64,000 nucleotides of DNA from Octopus sinensis (taxonomy: Eukaryota). The notes beneath the pieces are model-generated. The model was not told the DNA's origin. It was given only the letters and a program-made list of their open reading frames with translations, and did no database searches. A program made the translations under genes and the position numbers. Of this stretch, positions 44,161 through 57,896 are shown piece by piece (the stretch's first letter is position 1; each line of letters opens with the position of its first letter). Location of the stretch: the NCBI RefSeq assembly GCF_006345805.1, contig NC_042999.1, positions 73,470,001 to 73,534,000 of the forward strand. Reading direction: 5' to 3'.

Positions 44161-44899
44161 ATATATATATACACACACACACATATTTCCAATCAAAACA
44201 GTTTGCCCAAGAAAGTTGAACACTGAAGAACTCAAAGAGATTTATACTGATCTGTTGGAGGAGGCGGGGTCAACAAGGAGTCTTGCTGTCTGCCTGTAAA
44301 CGAGCAATGACCAAGAACTTTCTTTCTGTCTTCCATGGTAGATTAGCATTTTCCATTGATAATCTACTTCTCTTGTAGAAAGTTTAGTCTTTCTATCAAC
44401 TGTAACATTAAGGTGAATGTTAGATCAATTGACAAATTAATTTCAGGTTTGATACATTAAGCTCAACTCTGCAAACATTTTTTTCAAAAAAATTGATAAT
44501 TTTAATTTCTGAATGAAGAAAGTGGTATTATCACAAGTTAAGGTTATCTTACTTCCCTTAAAATCATCAACAATTTAGGAGCATCAAAACATGCATCCAT
44601 ATATGTTTAAGAGGTTCAATTTGTCATCATGTAGTTTCTATATCAATCACACTGCACAGCACCTTCTGCACATATTTCCTAACATAGCTTTATATCCCAA
44701 ATCTTGCAAGTGAAGGCATGTAGAATCTGGTCCTAATTGCCAATCCAGTTTAATACCACTACTTGACACTTAGATGCATTTAGCACTGTCCACTTTGTTG
44801 AAAGAATTTGGACCAGGTCAGTGGTCTGAAGATAATTTGATGTCTGGATACCCACAGCAACCCAGCTATCTATTTAAAACTGTATATGACAATGGTATG

Positions 44900-45310
44900 T
44901 TCACACTTAGTATTTGCATCACTAGGCTGGAACCCCTATCTTGCTCAGCAAATAAATCTCCTGGAAACTGTTCAGAAATGTACAACACCTACCATCAGGG
45001 CATCTACCATACTCTGAACGTCTTGCTTTCCTGGGCATGGACACATTGAAGCTCAGATATCTGGCAACTGACTTGGTAGACACCCACAAGATTATCCACC
45101 ATTTTTCCAACAACAATCTTGGGCACCTTTTTGAATTCCATATGTCAAACACTCGTGGACATGCTCACAAAATAAAAAAACAACACAGCACCCATCACTT
45201 TCAGAAACATTTTTTCACACTCAGAACTCTTGAAGGATGAAATAAACTACCCACACCAGTCATTAGCTGTCAAGACACTACGTACATCCTTCAAAACTTC
45301 CATTGCATAC
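44900..45310 (+). mobile_element. CR1-like LINE 3' fragment
   Basis: MDTLKLRYLATDLVDTHKIIHH...NTRGHAHKIKKQH...HFFTLR; same family as 56378-56880. Confidence 0.8.
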
Positions 45311-45469
45311 AACAATTTCTTCCATATATATTATGGTTTCTTCCTGTCTTTCTCAATGAGCTTCAGATGGGTTTACAAAAATGTCAAGGATTCTACAGTT
45401 TCTCCTTGTACTAAACCATAAAAAAAAAAAATTATCTTCCAGCTCACCATCTTGATGATGATGATGATT

Positions 45470-45920
45470 TCTTTTATTTGCCAAAGGGGCATTAGACATT
45501 ACAAGGATGTTTACAATTTGTGTAGAGGTTTACATAAAAGATGAGGCAGGGGAAAAAGGGAAAAGACTGAACAGAATTACGAGTATAGGCAGTCCTCCTG
45601 ATACAGGAGAACCTCTGACTAGGGCCTATCAAGGAACTACACAGATCTAGGATTGCACTGACCGCTAATTGCAAAGCCCTCACCCAACTGTTTTTTCTCC
45701 ATCTGCAGGTGCATTCAGAATAGGTTCATTCACCCTAAATGTTTTTGCCATGTTACCCACCTTTTCACAAATTCTCAGGGAGAGAGCACTTCTCTCTCCA
45801 CCTTCACTTTCTTTTCCAAGTGGAACTAGAAAAAGTTGAAGAGATCTTAACCAAAGAGGAAGATGTCTTTCCTGAATCTTTTCAGCCTCATCCACCATAC
45901 AACTTCTTTCACCATAGACA
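45470..45920 (-). mobile_element. Degraded LINE 3' end, possibly L1/Tx1-like
   Basis: Interrupted FF*FHLEKKVKVEREVLSP*EFVKRWV, then 3'UTR ending in aataaaagaaatcatcatc; clade assignment tentative. Confidence 0.45.
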
Positions 45921-47879
45921 CTAGACAAAAGAATATAATCTGCACTGCCTTGTTAAAAGTCAGTGGTGAGGTGATCATCACGATGGATAAAAAGCAAAGC
46001 TGACCTCAAGGGATTTGAACATAAAATGCAGAGAACCAGAACAAATACTGTGAGAGAATCTGTCCAATGCTTTAAGGAATTTGCCAAACCATTGCTTTTA
46101 TAGTTGCCAAAAGCAATAAAATCAATATTAGTCTTGACTAATATTGTTTTTTCCTCATCACATAAATTAAGTCTAGTGTGTTAATGATTAATACTTTAAA
46201 TATGTTAATACTAGCTTCACTTTTATATACAGATGTTTTTTGTACACGTAGTTTACACTGTCTTCATATAGTATTAAATGCTGTCTATGCAATGTGTATA
46301 CTGGGCATACAAAACAGTATTTACTCTGTAGATAGTATGTTATCTTATATGCAGTCTGTACAAACAATGTATAAACATATGAACTGTATATAGTGAATGT
46401 ATAAGCTGTCCATACAGTTTATATTGGACATACAGTGCATATACTGACATGCAAATAATGGATATACTGCTCATGAGACAGTGTACACACTATGTATACA
46501 AACAGCATATACACCATGTATAGACTATATACACAATATATATTGTGTTTTAAAATACTATATACACTGTACATGCTAATAATATAAAGAATACACTGTG
46601 TATATATATATAGTCAGAGTGGCTGTTCCAGCACATCTTCCTTGCCATCCTCCAGGACAACACCTTTTCCATTTTGTCCACTAGGACCATGAGGCTGATT
46701 GACAACCCTTTTCATATATTACTTGTGGTATTATTTAAACATTCATAATCTAAAACATTTTAGTTAAGTTGTCTGTCTTCAAAACTACATCACAACTAGA
46801 ATATATAATTGTCAAATGCCATGTCATCCACATGCATTAATACTGACTTGAGTTATGCAGCATTGATACTATTTGCAGACTGATCTATAGAATATTCATA
46901 TTACTCATTGTTGATGACTCTCTCTCTCTCTCTCTCTAGATAGTGTATATTTGCAATATAAATAGATTATCTATTCTAGTAATGTATACACTGTTTATAC
47001 AAATTGTACACATACAGTACATACAAAAGGAAATAGACTATACAATATCTATATTAACATTATCTGCCCACCTGCCCGCCCGGTTGTATAAAAAGTGCCA
47101 ATTACTAAATGTGGCTGGAACTTGTCAAAGAAGGAGATGCATGAAAGACTACTGTATTCCATGTCTTCCATGACATTGAATGAAGTAGTGAGGACCAAGT
47201 TGTTGAGCCTCACAATGGAGATGACAAAAGACCAAGATGATTGGTGATTTGCTATGCATAAGAAAATCTGTCCATCTCAACAAAAGTGAGGTCCTAATAG
47301 CATTATATTTATGTCTATACACCAGGCTCTACTCCTGCACCTAATCTATCCCTCTCAAGCCTTGCCCATCTCTCATCTTCCTAACACCTATCCCTCCACT
47401 CCACAAACTATAGCTCTATTCAACTGCAATAATCATGAGAGTAGAATGTCCACATAGTTCATTTCCCTTTGTGCTAGCAGTTCCATTGCTCTCCCTACTC
47501 TCCCTTGAACCAGTTACTTTTAAAATCCATCCCTCATTCTTAATATCATCCTTTTCACTTTATTTTCCACCAATCATCTCTTTCTGTGCCTTCTTGAGAT
47601 AGATCTTATGATTGCCATTACCTTAAAACCCGACTCTTATCTGCTATCATTCTCAATACTATGTCATATCAGCAATTGAAAACTTCTCCACTACCTTTGT
47701 CCCCTGTTTAATATAGCCACTGCTAGGTACCTCTTCTGTCAGTGTTCATCCCTCTCTCTTGACCCTAACTCTCAAACATAATCTCCATATTTTCTGATTT
47801 ACATACCAGTTTGTTATACTACCAAACTCTTTTCTTCCTGTGCAGTCATTTGTCATTTCCTCCTTCCTGAGTCACCAGC

Positions 47880-48300
47880 TGCTCAAGTGCTTGGCTGGTT
47901 TCTTGAAGCTAATGTTGCTTCACAGAACTCTTCATTTCTAGGATCAAAGTCACAGCCTCTATGTACACCTTGAAATCCACTGGGTTGCCCAACATGTCCA
48001 TTGAAGTCACCAGCCATAAAGATAAGATCGCTGTCATTCATCGGTGAGGTGAGCTGGAAAAGGGCTCTCTAGCATCTGCCAGTCCCAACTGAGAAGTATA
48101 TGCAAAGATACATGTTGCTGCCAGGTTTCCCAAGACTAGACTAAGCTTAATTATCCTATCTTACACTCTGAGTACCTCAATCACCTTATGTATCCATTTC
48201 TTTACCAACAGTATGCCTGCCTCTCCTTTGCCAGAAGAATTATATTTTTGCTCTTTGCTCATGAGAAATCTAGCTGAGGTTCCCCTCCACCTTACTTTTT
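47880..48300 (-). mobile_element. Old RTE endonuclease fragment
   Basis: Minus strand reads GEAGILLVKKWIHKVIEVLRV and LIFMAGDFNGHVG, with stops. Confidence 0.75.
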
Positions 48301-49807
48301 ACATACATCATACATCTACATTGATCCGTTCTAGCATTTGAATAATCTCAGACCTACCTATCATTGTACTGACATTGTGTGTGTGTGTGTGTTATATATA
48401 TAAATTGTGTATACTGCCAATGTACACCAATAGTATTTTACAGCCAGATGCCCTTGCCATCACCAACTCTTTTAGCTGCTTCTTATCACAGATAGTAACA
48501 AAGTATACTTGTTCTAAAACTGAGATACAAAGCAAATACAAAAGTACAACCCTGCTTGGATAAATATATATATATACCAGCACATGTATATACACTTTGT
48601 ATATACTAACAATGTAGAAATTGTACATAGCAACAGAGTATATACCATGCATATAAACAATGGATGGATGCATGCTCTGTGTACTACTATCATGAACAAT
48701 TGATAAATTGACAGCAACATTTACTCTTGAAAATATTAAAATAGGTAATCCAGTCTATGCCAGCATGGGAAATGGATGATGGTGATGATGATGATGTTAG
48801 GATGATTTGGATATTTAAAGAGGAGTTTAAAAAGAAGCTTCACAAGTTTGATTTTAAAAAAGCAATTATCAGAAAATTGATTAATAAAGGAATTAATAAA
48901 AGAGAGAATAAAGGAAATAAGTTTAACAAGGTGATTAAACAGGGCGTTTAACTAAAAAGTCCTTAGAAATGGCAGATAATCATCAATGGAAAGGAAAAGG
49001 AAAATATCATTAATATTCTAAATGGATAAACCAGGTTACCTTGTACCCAGTAGGTGGTGTCAGGATTGAAACAGAATAGCATAGACAAATACTCACATCC
49101 TGTATGTGTGAATGAATGAGTATGTGTGTATAAATGTATATATGTATGACCTTGTGAGTATAGGAGTAAGTGTGTGTGCATGTATGTATGTTAGGGAGTG
49201 GAGTAGTGTGTGTATATATATATACATGTGTGTGTGTGTGTGAATGCTTAAGATGTGTATGTGTTGTATCATATATCTCACTACATAATTAAAAGAATTT
49301 AGTTTCTGTTCAGATATCCAGCATTTCAACTCATGTACACAAGAGAACTGTCACCTTTTCCTCCAAAAATTTACCACATATGTTCATGTACATACATAGT
49401 ACATATATACATCAAATTGAGTGTTTTACATTAACTTTTTGATGCTGGAAGAAACTGGAAAGTTTTTCTGAAACAGTATTTTATGACCAGATGCCCTTCC
49501 TAACATCAAACCATTTAGCTATGTATTACAACATGCAAGGATGCAGTATACCTATTCTAAAACTGGGCTACACACAATAAACATATACATACATATCTAC
49601 ATAAATGATATATATATACATTCACACACAATATACACAAGGCACAGACATGGCTGTGTAGTTAAGAAGTTCACTCCCCAACCACACATTTTTGGGGTTC
49701 AGTCCCACTGTGCAGCACATTGAACAAGTGTCTTCTACTATAGCCCTAACCCAACCAAGCCTTATGACCCGAGTTGATCTGATAGACAGAAACTAAAAAA
49801 GAAGTCT

Positions 49808-50288
49808 GACACGTAAAAGCACCATCCGTTCGTGGCCGTTTGCCAGCTCTGTCTGGCCCCCGTGCCGGTGACACGTAAAAGCACCATCCGTTCGTGGCCG
49901 TTTGCCAACTCTGTCTGGCCCCCGTGTCGGTGGCATGTAAAAGCACCATCCGTTCATGTCCATTGCCAGCCTCGCCTGGCCCCCGTGCCGGTGACACGTA
50001 AAAGCACCATCCGTTCGTGTCCATTGCCAGCCTCGCCTGGCCCCCGTGCCGGTGACACGTAAAAGCACCATCCGTTCGTGGCCGTTTGCCAGCTCTGTCT
50101 GGCACCTGTGCGGGTGGCACGTAAAAAGCACCCACTACACTCACGGAGTGGTTGGCGTTAGGAAGGGCATCCAGCCGTAGAAACACTGCCAGATCTGACT
50201 GGGCCTGATGAAGCCTTCCAGTTTCACAGACCCCAGTTGAACCGTCCAACCCATGCTAGCATGGAGAACGGACGCTAAATGATGATGA

Positions 50289-50290
<2 letters not shown>
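49808..50290 (+). mobile_element. Young RTE 3'UTR copy with 6 array units, abutting a tRNA-SINE at 49646-49805
   Basis: Very close to 5100-6063, including the subfamily-specific gatctgactgggcctgaYgaagcc. Confidence 0.9.
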
Positions 50291-50342
<52 letters not shown>

Positions 50343-50495
50343 AATATATATATATAGAGAGAGAGAGAGGCAGACAGACAATGATGTAAATAAACAAATA
50401 AAACTGCCTGGGTTTGATACACAAAATATATATACATGTATACATGTACATAGAGAGAAAGCAAAGACTGAAAATTTTCAGACAATGAATATTCA

Positions 50496-50925
50496 ATAGG
50501 GCACCACATTTAGTTGGCAAATATATTTTACGATTCCATACTGTTACTGTTTATGTCCCGCTCAGAGATTTAATATAACATATCCCCATCTTTTATGAGA
50601 TCAGCAGCAGTGTGTTGCTAGAAGTATATAGTATTTGCGAGTAGAATTAGTTCTTCATCACTAGCCAGTGATTAACACACACTGAGGATGGGTAACTACC
50701 CAGAAACTCAAGTCCGTGTGTATCACATAAGGCTAGAGATGGGAGTGATGACCTCCCTCACAAATACTAATCGGACAGAAACTGTGTCTTCCTGGGGCTA
50801 AAAACAACAGTAGCACTGTCCTGTATAGGATGCCACATCTAGTTGGCAAATATATTTTACAATTTCGTATTGTTACTGTTTATATCTCACTCAGAGATTT
50901 AATATAACATATCTCTCTCTTTTAT
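50496..50925 (+). repeat. 1.3-copy tandem unit, period 329 bp (101-bp direct repeats) enclosing a hammerhead
   Basis: 50496-50596 and 50825-50925 are roughly 85% identical by eye. Confidence 0.85.
50656..50741 (+). ncRNA. Type I hammerhead ribozyme with extended helix I
   Basis: CTGAGGA (50682-88); helix II TGGGT/ACCCA with AACT loop; GAAA; helix III AC(T)..(A)GT; GTC^ at 50714; helix I CACACA/TGTGTG-type pairing plus GTGAT/ATCAC, CTAGCC/GGCTAG and CATC/GATG. Confidence 0.8.
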
Positions 50926-51504
50926 AAATATATAGATGTTTATATATTAACAGAGCAAACTTACACAGAGTACAAAGACACAGAAAAATAAGAGATTCCT
51001 CTTATAGCCATTCTTTACTCTGCAAACTTGGTCATTGGTAAAGGTTTGGGAGTGTAAGTTGAAATCATCTGAGCACTAATAAGTGTTTCCTGTATTGAGA
51101 ATCTCTGGATCTCATTTGTTGACTCTCTCTATATTACTAAAGGTGAAATTTTACCTGTCCATCTGGGACCCCAGTATCTCAGTCTAAATTTGTTCTGCAT
51201 AGACATATTATACCTTTTTGGAATCTGGATGATTCCAGGATTGAAAATGTCAACCTTTGTATGAATATGAATTGTAACTGATTTAATATAAATCAACTAA
51301 ATGCACATATCTGCCACATCAAAAGACACTAGGACACTTATCCAGCAGAAACAAGTGTTGGATTGAAATTTGATGAAGATAGTACTTCAATAAATAAATT
51401 TTGAATATGTATAGTCCTCTATTCTTTTTTATGGTCACCACGTAAAAAGCACCCAGCACACAGTTTTTCATCAGCAACTCACCAATCTCTGTTCATAGTG
51501 ATAT

Positions 51505-51815
51505 AAAGTGTGTGTGTGTGTGTGCATGTATGTGTGTGTGTGTACACACACATATAAATACATGAATACATGCATACATATTTGTATCTATCATACATGC
51601 TTCTCTGTATATATGCATGTATGCACCCTGATGTATGAACATGCAAGCACACATACACATATACATACACACATACATACACATACATATACACACTCAT
51701 ACATACAAATGTATATACATCACAGAGCAACACAAACACACGCACACGCACGCACACACACACACGCATGCACACACACACGCACGCGCGCACGTGCACA
51801 CACACACATGTACAT
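51505..51815. repeat. Compound (TG)n/(CA)n/(CATA)n simple repeat
   Basis: Direct reading. Confidence 0.9.
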
Positions 51816-52369
51816 ACAACTGAAAGCTTTTTTACATAATTTCCATGCCATACATGACTAAACCCCATTTATGAGATCCAACATTGCTGCAGGCGATTGC
51901 TATCTGTAAAAGGAGTCTAACTAAACATAAAGCAAGATGTTTCTGGAAATATATATTTAACTAGATATTTGAGATCCTATTTCTAAAGGATTTTACATAA
52001 ACAAATAAGTAAATGGATGAGTAACTATGTAGTTGATCAACTTGCTGGAAATAGCAGTCAAATCTCTCTCAAATTACATCTTGCCATCTTGAATAATGTA
52101 GTCCTAGATGCACAATGTTTGTTTGAAAGGAGAACAGAATGGTCAAAGTGGGAAAGCTTTTGAGCATTCATATCTGATGTTAAACAACAAAAACAACAAA
52201 TTCTGACTCATCCAAAATGTTTTCTGCTAGTGAGTAACTATTTCAGAGTTCTAACCAAATCTAAGGCAAAGCCATTATGTATTTATTCTTATGAAACATT
52301 ATAACTAATTCATATATATATTTATATATATATATATATATATATATTTGATGATGATGATGATGATGA

Positions 52370-52434
<65 letters not shown>

Positions 52435-53299
52435 TATATACATATACATTAATATTATCATCATCATTATTATTATTATCATCAATCTTTTTTATGTCTA
52501 TTCTTCCATGCTGGTATAGATTGGAAGGGTCATCAGGCCTTAACTCAGTTCTTATTCAGAGTTACTGCTCTCTTGGGGTGTGCATTGTGTGTATGTACAT
52601 ACGTGTGTGTGTGTTTGTGAGTATATGTATGCGTGCACACAAAGATAAAGAATAAAATTTTATCTCATAATTGCTATGGTAATTTTTGTCAAATGTGTCT
52701 ATAAAAGGGGTTCTCAACCATTTAAAAAAAAGTTTATCTATGGCTCCCTTTGATTACTATTTTATTCTGGTGGACCCCCATAGCCATTTAATATTTAAAA
52801 ACTAGTTTTATAGAAGCTTCTTTCACAATTCCTATTTTGTTTTACACACATTAACTTGTGTAAGTTGAATTATGTAAAATGTTAGAGAAAGAAACCTCAG
52901 TTTCCTCCATTCAATCAACTATTTTCTGATGACCATTTTTAAAATTCACATTATTGAACAGTTTGTCATGATTGGAGAACATGTAATTTCAAAAATACAA
53001 GCAGTCGTGCTTGCAGCAGTTTTCTATCACTGATTTTTCCTATTAACATGTTCACATATGGTCAGTAATTTGTTCACATATGGTCAGTAATTTTCCTATT
53101 AACATGTTCACATATGGTCAGATGCTCTGAGTAGAGTTGGGGATCATCAGAAATAAAAATTTGTACTGGTCAAAGTCAATTTGCTACACCAAGAGGGTCT
53201 CACAGTCATCCTACTTATGAAAAGGAAAAAATTCATTATAAATAATATACACAGACATTGTTTGTCAAAATTTCCTATCTGTGTTTTTGTATATACTGT

Positions 53300-53580
53300 T
53301 CATCATCATCATCATCATTAACATCCGTTTTCCAGGCTGGCGTGGGTTAGACAGTTTGACCAAAGCTGGTAAGCCAGATAGCTGCACCAGACTCTGTTCA
53401 TCTGTTATAGCTTGCTTTCTACAGCTGGATGCCCTTCCTAATGCCAACCACTTTACAGACTGTACTGGCTGTCACTTACATGTACCAGCATGAGTGCCCT
53501 TTACATATCACCGGCACAGGTGCTCTTTATGTGTCACCAGCATGGGCACCTTTTACATGTCACTAGCATGAGCCACGACC
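53300..53580 (-). mobile_element. RTE 3'-tail copy
   Basis: (cat)n...ctggatgcccttcctaatgccaacc. Confidence 0.8.
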
Positions 53581-53698
53581 ATGATTTCATTGTATACAGA
53601 AATTAAACAGTTAAAAATTAATATGTATTTTGGTCTAGTAAATGTTTTTTTTTTATTTCAATATTATTTTATTTTCTTTTACTTAATTATTTCTGGTG

Positions 53699-53739
<41 letters not shown>

Positions 53740-54310
53740 CAATGAGACAAAATATTACTTATTCCAGGCATAAAACAACAGGTCATGTATTAGCTTATAT
53801 AGACACAGACATGGTGATGGAACTGAGAAATTTGCTTCCTAACCACATGATTTCAGGTTCTGTCAAACTGCAAAATGACCTCAGACAAGTGTCTTCTGTT
53901 ATAGCCTCAGGTTGACCAAAGCCTAGGGTGAATTTGATAGATGGAAACTAAACAAGCCTATTGTATATATACATAGTGTGTGTATATATATATAAATTTA
54001 TAGGCGTGCCTCATCTTGACATCATGTGACAGATATAATCAAGAGTATTATTATTCATTTCCAATCTTCCATGTCTGGCCATGGAGAAATATTACTTTGC
54101 TTGGAAACAGGTGAGTGTTAGTGACAAGAAGAGTATACAGCCACAGAAAATCTGCTTCTACAAAATTCAGTCTCATAAAATTTAAGCATGGAAAAGTGCA
54201 AATTAAAATGCTGATAATGCTGATGATCCTGATGATGATGAGGATGAGTGGTAAAAAACATAGAAAAAAACAATGATTTATTTATATTTGATTCAAATGT
54301 TTTAATGCCT

Positions 54311-54415
54311 TTAACCCTTTTGTTACCATTTTTCTGCGGAAATATGATGCCTCTGTTTCAATAAATTTTCAAAATAATGAAAAATTTAGTAAAATAATTT
54401 TGTCGTTATTAAATT
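54311..54415 (+). mobile_element. piggyBac MITE terminal fragment
   Basis: TTAACCCTTTTGTTACC start; second end not found. Confidence 0.5.
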
Positions 54416-54774
54416 ATATTATGAACCATGTGCTCATATCCTTCTTCAGTAAATGCTTCCACTTCCCAGCTCACAAAACTTCCATTTGTAGTAGGCATTT
54501 GCCAAGGCATCAGGGAATGAGTCTGGCATACATAAAGCTTTTAGAGCAAACCATCAAAACCAGGTGATTTGCTCTTCACATGGTCACTTATTGCCAACCA
54601 AATTTTAGCTGCTTTTATCAGCCTTGTACAGCATTCCTGTTCTCCACTGAGAGTTGTGGCAGGCTGCCAAAGTAAGCACTAAAGACCACTACTGTCTCCA
54701 GCCCACAACTCATCAGCACAAACAGTTAAGCAAAGTGCCACTACAGAGCCAAATAATAATAATAATAATAAAAG

Positions 54775-54958
54775 TCCTTTCCACTAAAGGCAAAAGGCCT
54801 GAAATTTGTGGTTTCAATGGTACTTAATTTATCAACCCTGAAAGGATGAAAGGCAAAGCCGACCATGGCAGAATTTGAAATCAGAATGTAGAGGCAGACA
54901 AAATACCGCTAAGTATTTCGTCTAGCGTGCTAACAATTCTGCCAGCTCCCCACCTTAA
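54775..54958 (-). mobile_element. MetaSINE-like SINE
   Basis: Reverse match: ccctgaaaggatgaaaggcaaag...gctaagtatttcgtctagcgtgctaac. Confidence 0.75.
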
Positions 54959-55547
54959 TAATAATAATTTACATTTGTTTATAAGAGAGTGGAAGGACTA
55001 AAACAAAATCAAATACTGCCTACAAATCTTTTCGGTTGATTTTTTTTTTTCTATTTTCTTTGTCTCTCTAGTTTTATTTATATATATATATATTTACTTA
55101 CAAGTAAACCAATTTACACCTGACATAGTTGTTATTTTAGAAACAAGATAATACCCTGTCCATAAGTATATTAAACACCAATTTCTTTTCTTTCAAGAAT
55201 GCTACACACGAGTCGATTCTCTTTTTTTTAAATTTTACATACTTTGGTTATTTCTTCTCCAGGCACTTATGCTTAATTGAGAAAGGTGTGATAGGGTGGG
55301 GAAAGAAAACAACAACAATAAAAAAAAATACAAGCATAATATCCTCCAATCCCCCAATTCTCCACAAAATTGCTTTTGGGAGCCTGAAATGTGTTCTACA
55401 GACTTCAGTCAGATTACATAGTAAAAGAGACTTCAATGATGAAGGGAATCCAGGGTTCTTTCAGCAGCAGTACTTGACAAAACAAGATAAAAGCAACATA
55501 TAACATAAGACTCCACACATAGGCCTCACTCTCACTCTCTCTTGCTC

Positions 55548-55807
<260 letters not shown>

Positions 55808-56377
55808 ATGGCTATGAAATAAATAAAGTTCTCCACAGAGACTAACTCAAATACTTTGTTGGTGTCGTCTTTCTTAGCTGTGTTAAGACAACATATCAAT
55901 AAGTATGAATGTGCGTGTGTGCGTAAAAAATTATAGAGGTATAAATTTATATTTATTTTTGTATGCATGTATGTACATATGAATATATATATATATGTAT
56001 GTATGCATATATGCATTTATGTGTGCATGCTTTCATAGAAATAGAAGATTTTTAGCCTGGTGCAGCCTTGTGGCTTCCCAGATCCCCGGTCGAACCGTCC
56101 AACCCATGCTAGCATGGAGAACGGACGTTAAACGATGATGATGATGTAACACATATCTTCCAAAAGCAAAGTTATAAATTTCCTAACAGTGTCACAATGA
56201 AGTACCCTTAAGAATGACAAGGCCATTTTACATAAATAAATACATACAGTCAGGAGCATATATAAATACATACATATATCATCATCATCATCCATAACCA
56301 TTCTTGTTTTTACTTCAGCTTTTTTCATGTCAGCATGGGTTTGATGAGACTTAGTGAGATAGTATCCCACACTTGGA

Positions 56378-56880
56378 TAATAATAATAATAATAATAATT
56401 GTGTACAGTGCTCAGGTGCACTACAACTCATCTAAAGTGTATATATAATCAGGTGTAGTTTCGGCGGATTTCGGAAAGCATGAGGGCCTTAAAAGATGCA
56501 GTGTCATGGCAGTCAACAACTGACGCAGGCAGTTTATTCCATGCTTCAGCAACTCTGAGCGTGAAAAAATGTTTCCGAAAGTCATGAGAGCTGTATTGTT
56601 TTCTGACTTTGTAGGCATGTCCACGTGTGTTAGACACATGGAGATCAAAAAGGTGTTCAGTGTTGTTGTTGGTGAGGTGGTTGATAACTTTGTGGGTGTT
56701 TACCAAGTCCGTCGCCAGACGCCGGAGCTTCAGTGAATCCATGCCCAGGGAAACAAGGCGCTCAGAATATGGTAGGTGTCTGATGGAGGGTATGCGTTTG
56801 GTTGCACGTTGGATGCTCTTCTTGTTGCCAGCCTTTACTTCTTTATCAATTAAGATATTTTTTATCCTACTAATCTTCAT
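56378..56880 (-). mobile_element. CR1-like LINE 3' end with terminal stem-loop and (ATT)n tail
   Basis: IQRATKRIPSIRHLPYSERLVSLGMDSLKLRR...TRGHAYKVRK...HFFTLRVAEAWNKLP*; tail tagtgc-acctga-gcactg then (att)n. Confidence 0.88.
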
Positions 56881-56882
56881 GC

Positions 56883-57185
56883 TCAGGAGTGGCTGTGTGG
56901 TAAGTAGCTTGCTTACCAACCACATGGTTCCGGGCTCATTCCCACAGCGTGGCACTTTGGGCAAGTGTGTGTATATGTTTGTGTGTCTGTGTTTGTCCCC
57001 CAGCATTGCTTGACAACTGATGCTGGTGTGTTTACATCCCCGTAACTTAGCGGTTTGGCAAAAGAGACCGATACAATAAGTACTAAGCTTACAAAGAATA
57101 AGTCCTGGGGTCGATTTGCTCAACTAAAGGTGGTGCTCCAGCATGGCCGCAGTCAAATGACTGAAATAAGTAAAAGAGTAAAGAG
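56883..57185 (+). mobile_element. tRNA-derived SINE (CORE-like), internally deleted
   Basis: Same head and tail as 40176-40565. Confidence 0.85.
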
Positions 57186-57836
57186 TAATGTTGAAACTAG
57201 CAAACTATGGGACATATTGTCTATGGTAGATACAAATTTATGCCCATTATTAATCAAATGGAGCCAACATGAAGAGAACAGATTCAACATGTAAACACAC
57301 AGGCATGCATGTACACATACACAGACACACACACACACACACACACACAACACACACACACACACACACAAGGCAAGTAATGAAGGAGTTTCTTTGAAGT
57401 TGTTTGGTATTCTAGAAACAGCAGCCAAATCTCTCTAAAATACCAACATACCATCTTAAAGGAACAAATGAACACATGAGATAACATTCTAAAGTACCTC
57501 TTAGGTACCTTAGGATGGCTATGAACGGAATGCCTTTGATTATAGAATTCTTCAATTAGGGTTGATCTGGGATTGAGCAACAACAAAAATAACAGTAGGC
57601 ACACCTTTTGAGATTAGTGTAAGCAATAGCATTGCCACACGCTTAGTGGCAGCAGCAGTAAAAACCATGCTCTATTTTGTTAAGAATCTTCAACATGAAC
57701 ACTGGCTCTTCAATGATGTGAAAACAACAGAATCCAGCTTGCTACTAAACATAGCTCAGTAATCAAAGAAAACCAATATATTACTAAATTTTACTTGTAG
57801 TTTCAAACTTTAGTTCCAAAAACTACCAAAATAAAT

Positions 57837-57896
57837 AGTCTAAGCATTGCAATACTCTAACAATAAATATACTTTGAGTATTGCAATGCTTAGACT
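57837..57896. repeat. Perfect 21-bp inverted repeat with 18-nt loop
   Basis: agtctaagcattgcaatactc / gagtattgcaatgcttagact. Confidence 0.9.

Noticed and set aside
50204-50230. CTGATGAAG in the RTE tail
   Set aside because: No downstream GAAA or helices; other tail copies read cctggtgcag, so it is chance
54420-54740. GC-richer unique-looking stretch as a coding exon
   Set aside because: Checked frames are interrupted by stops and give no recognisable protein
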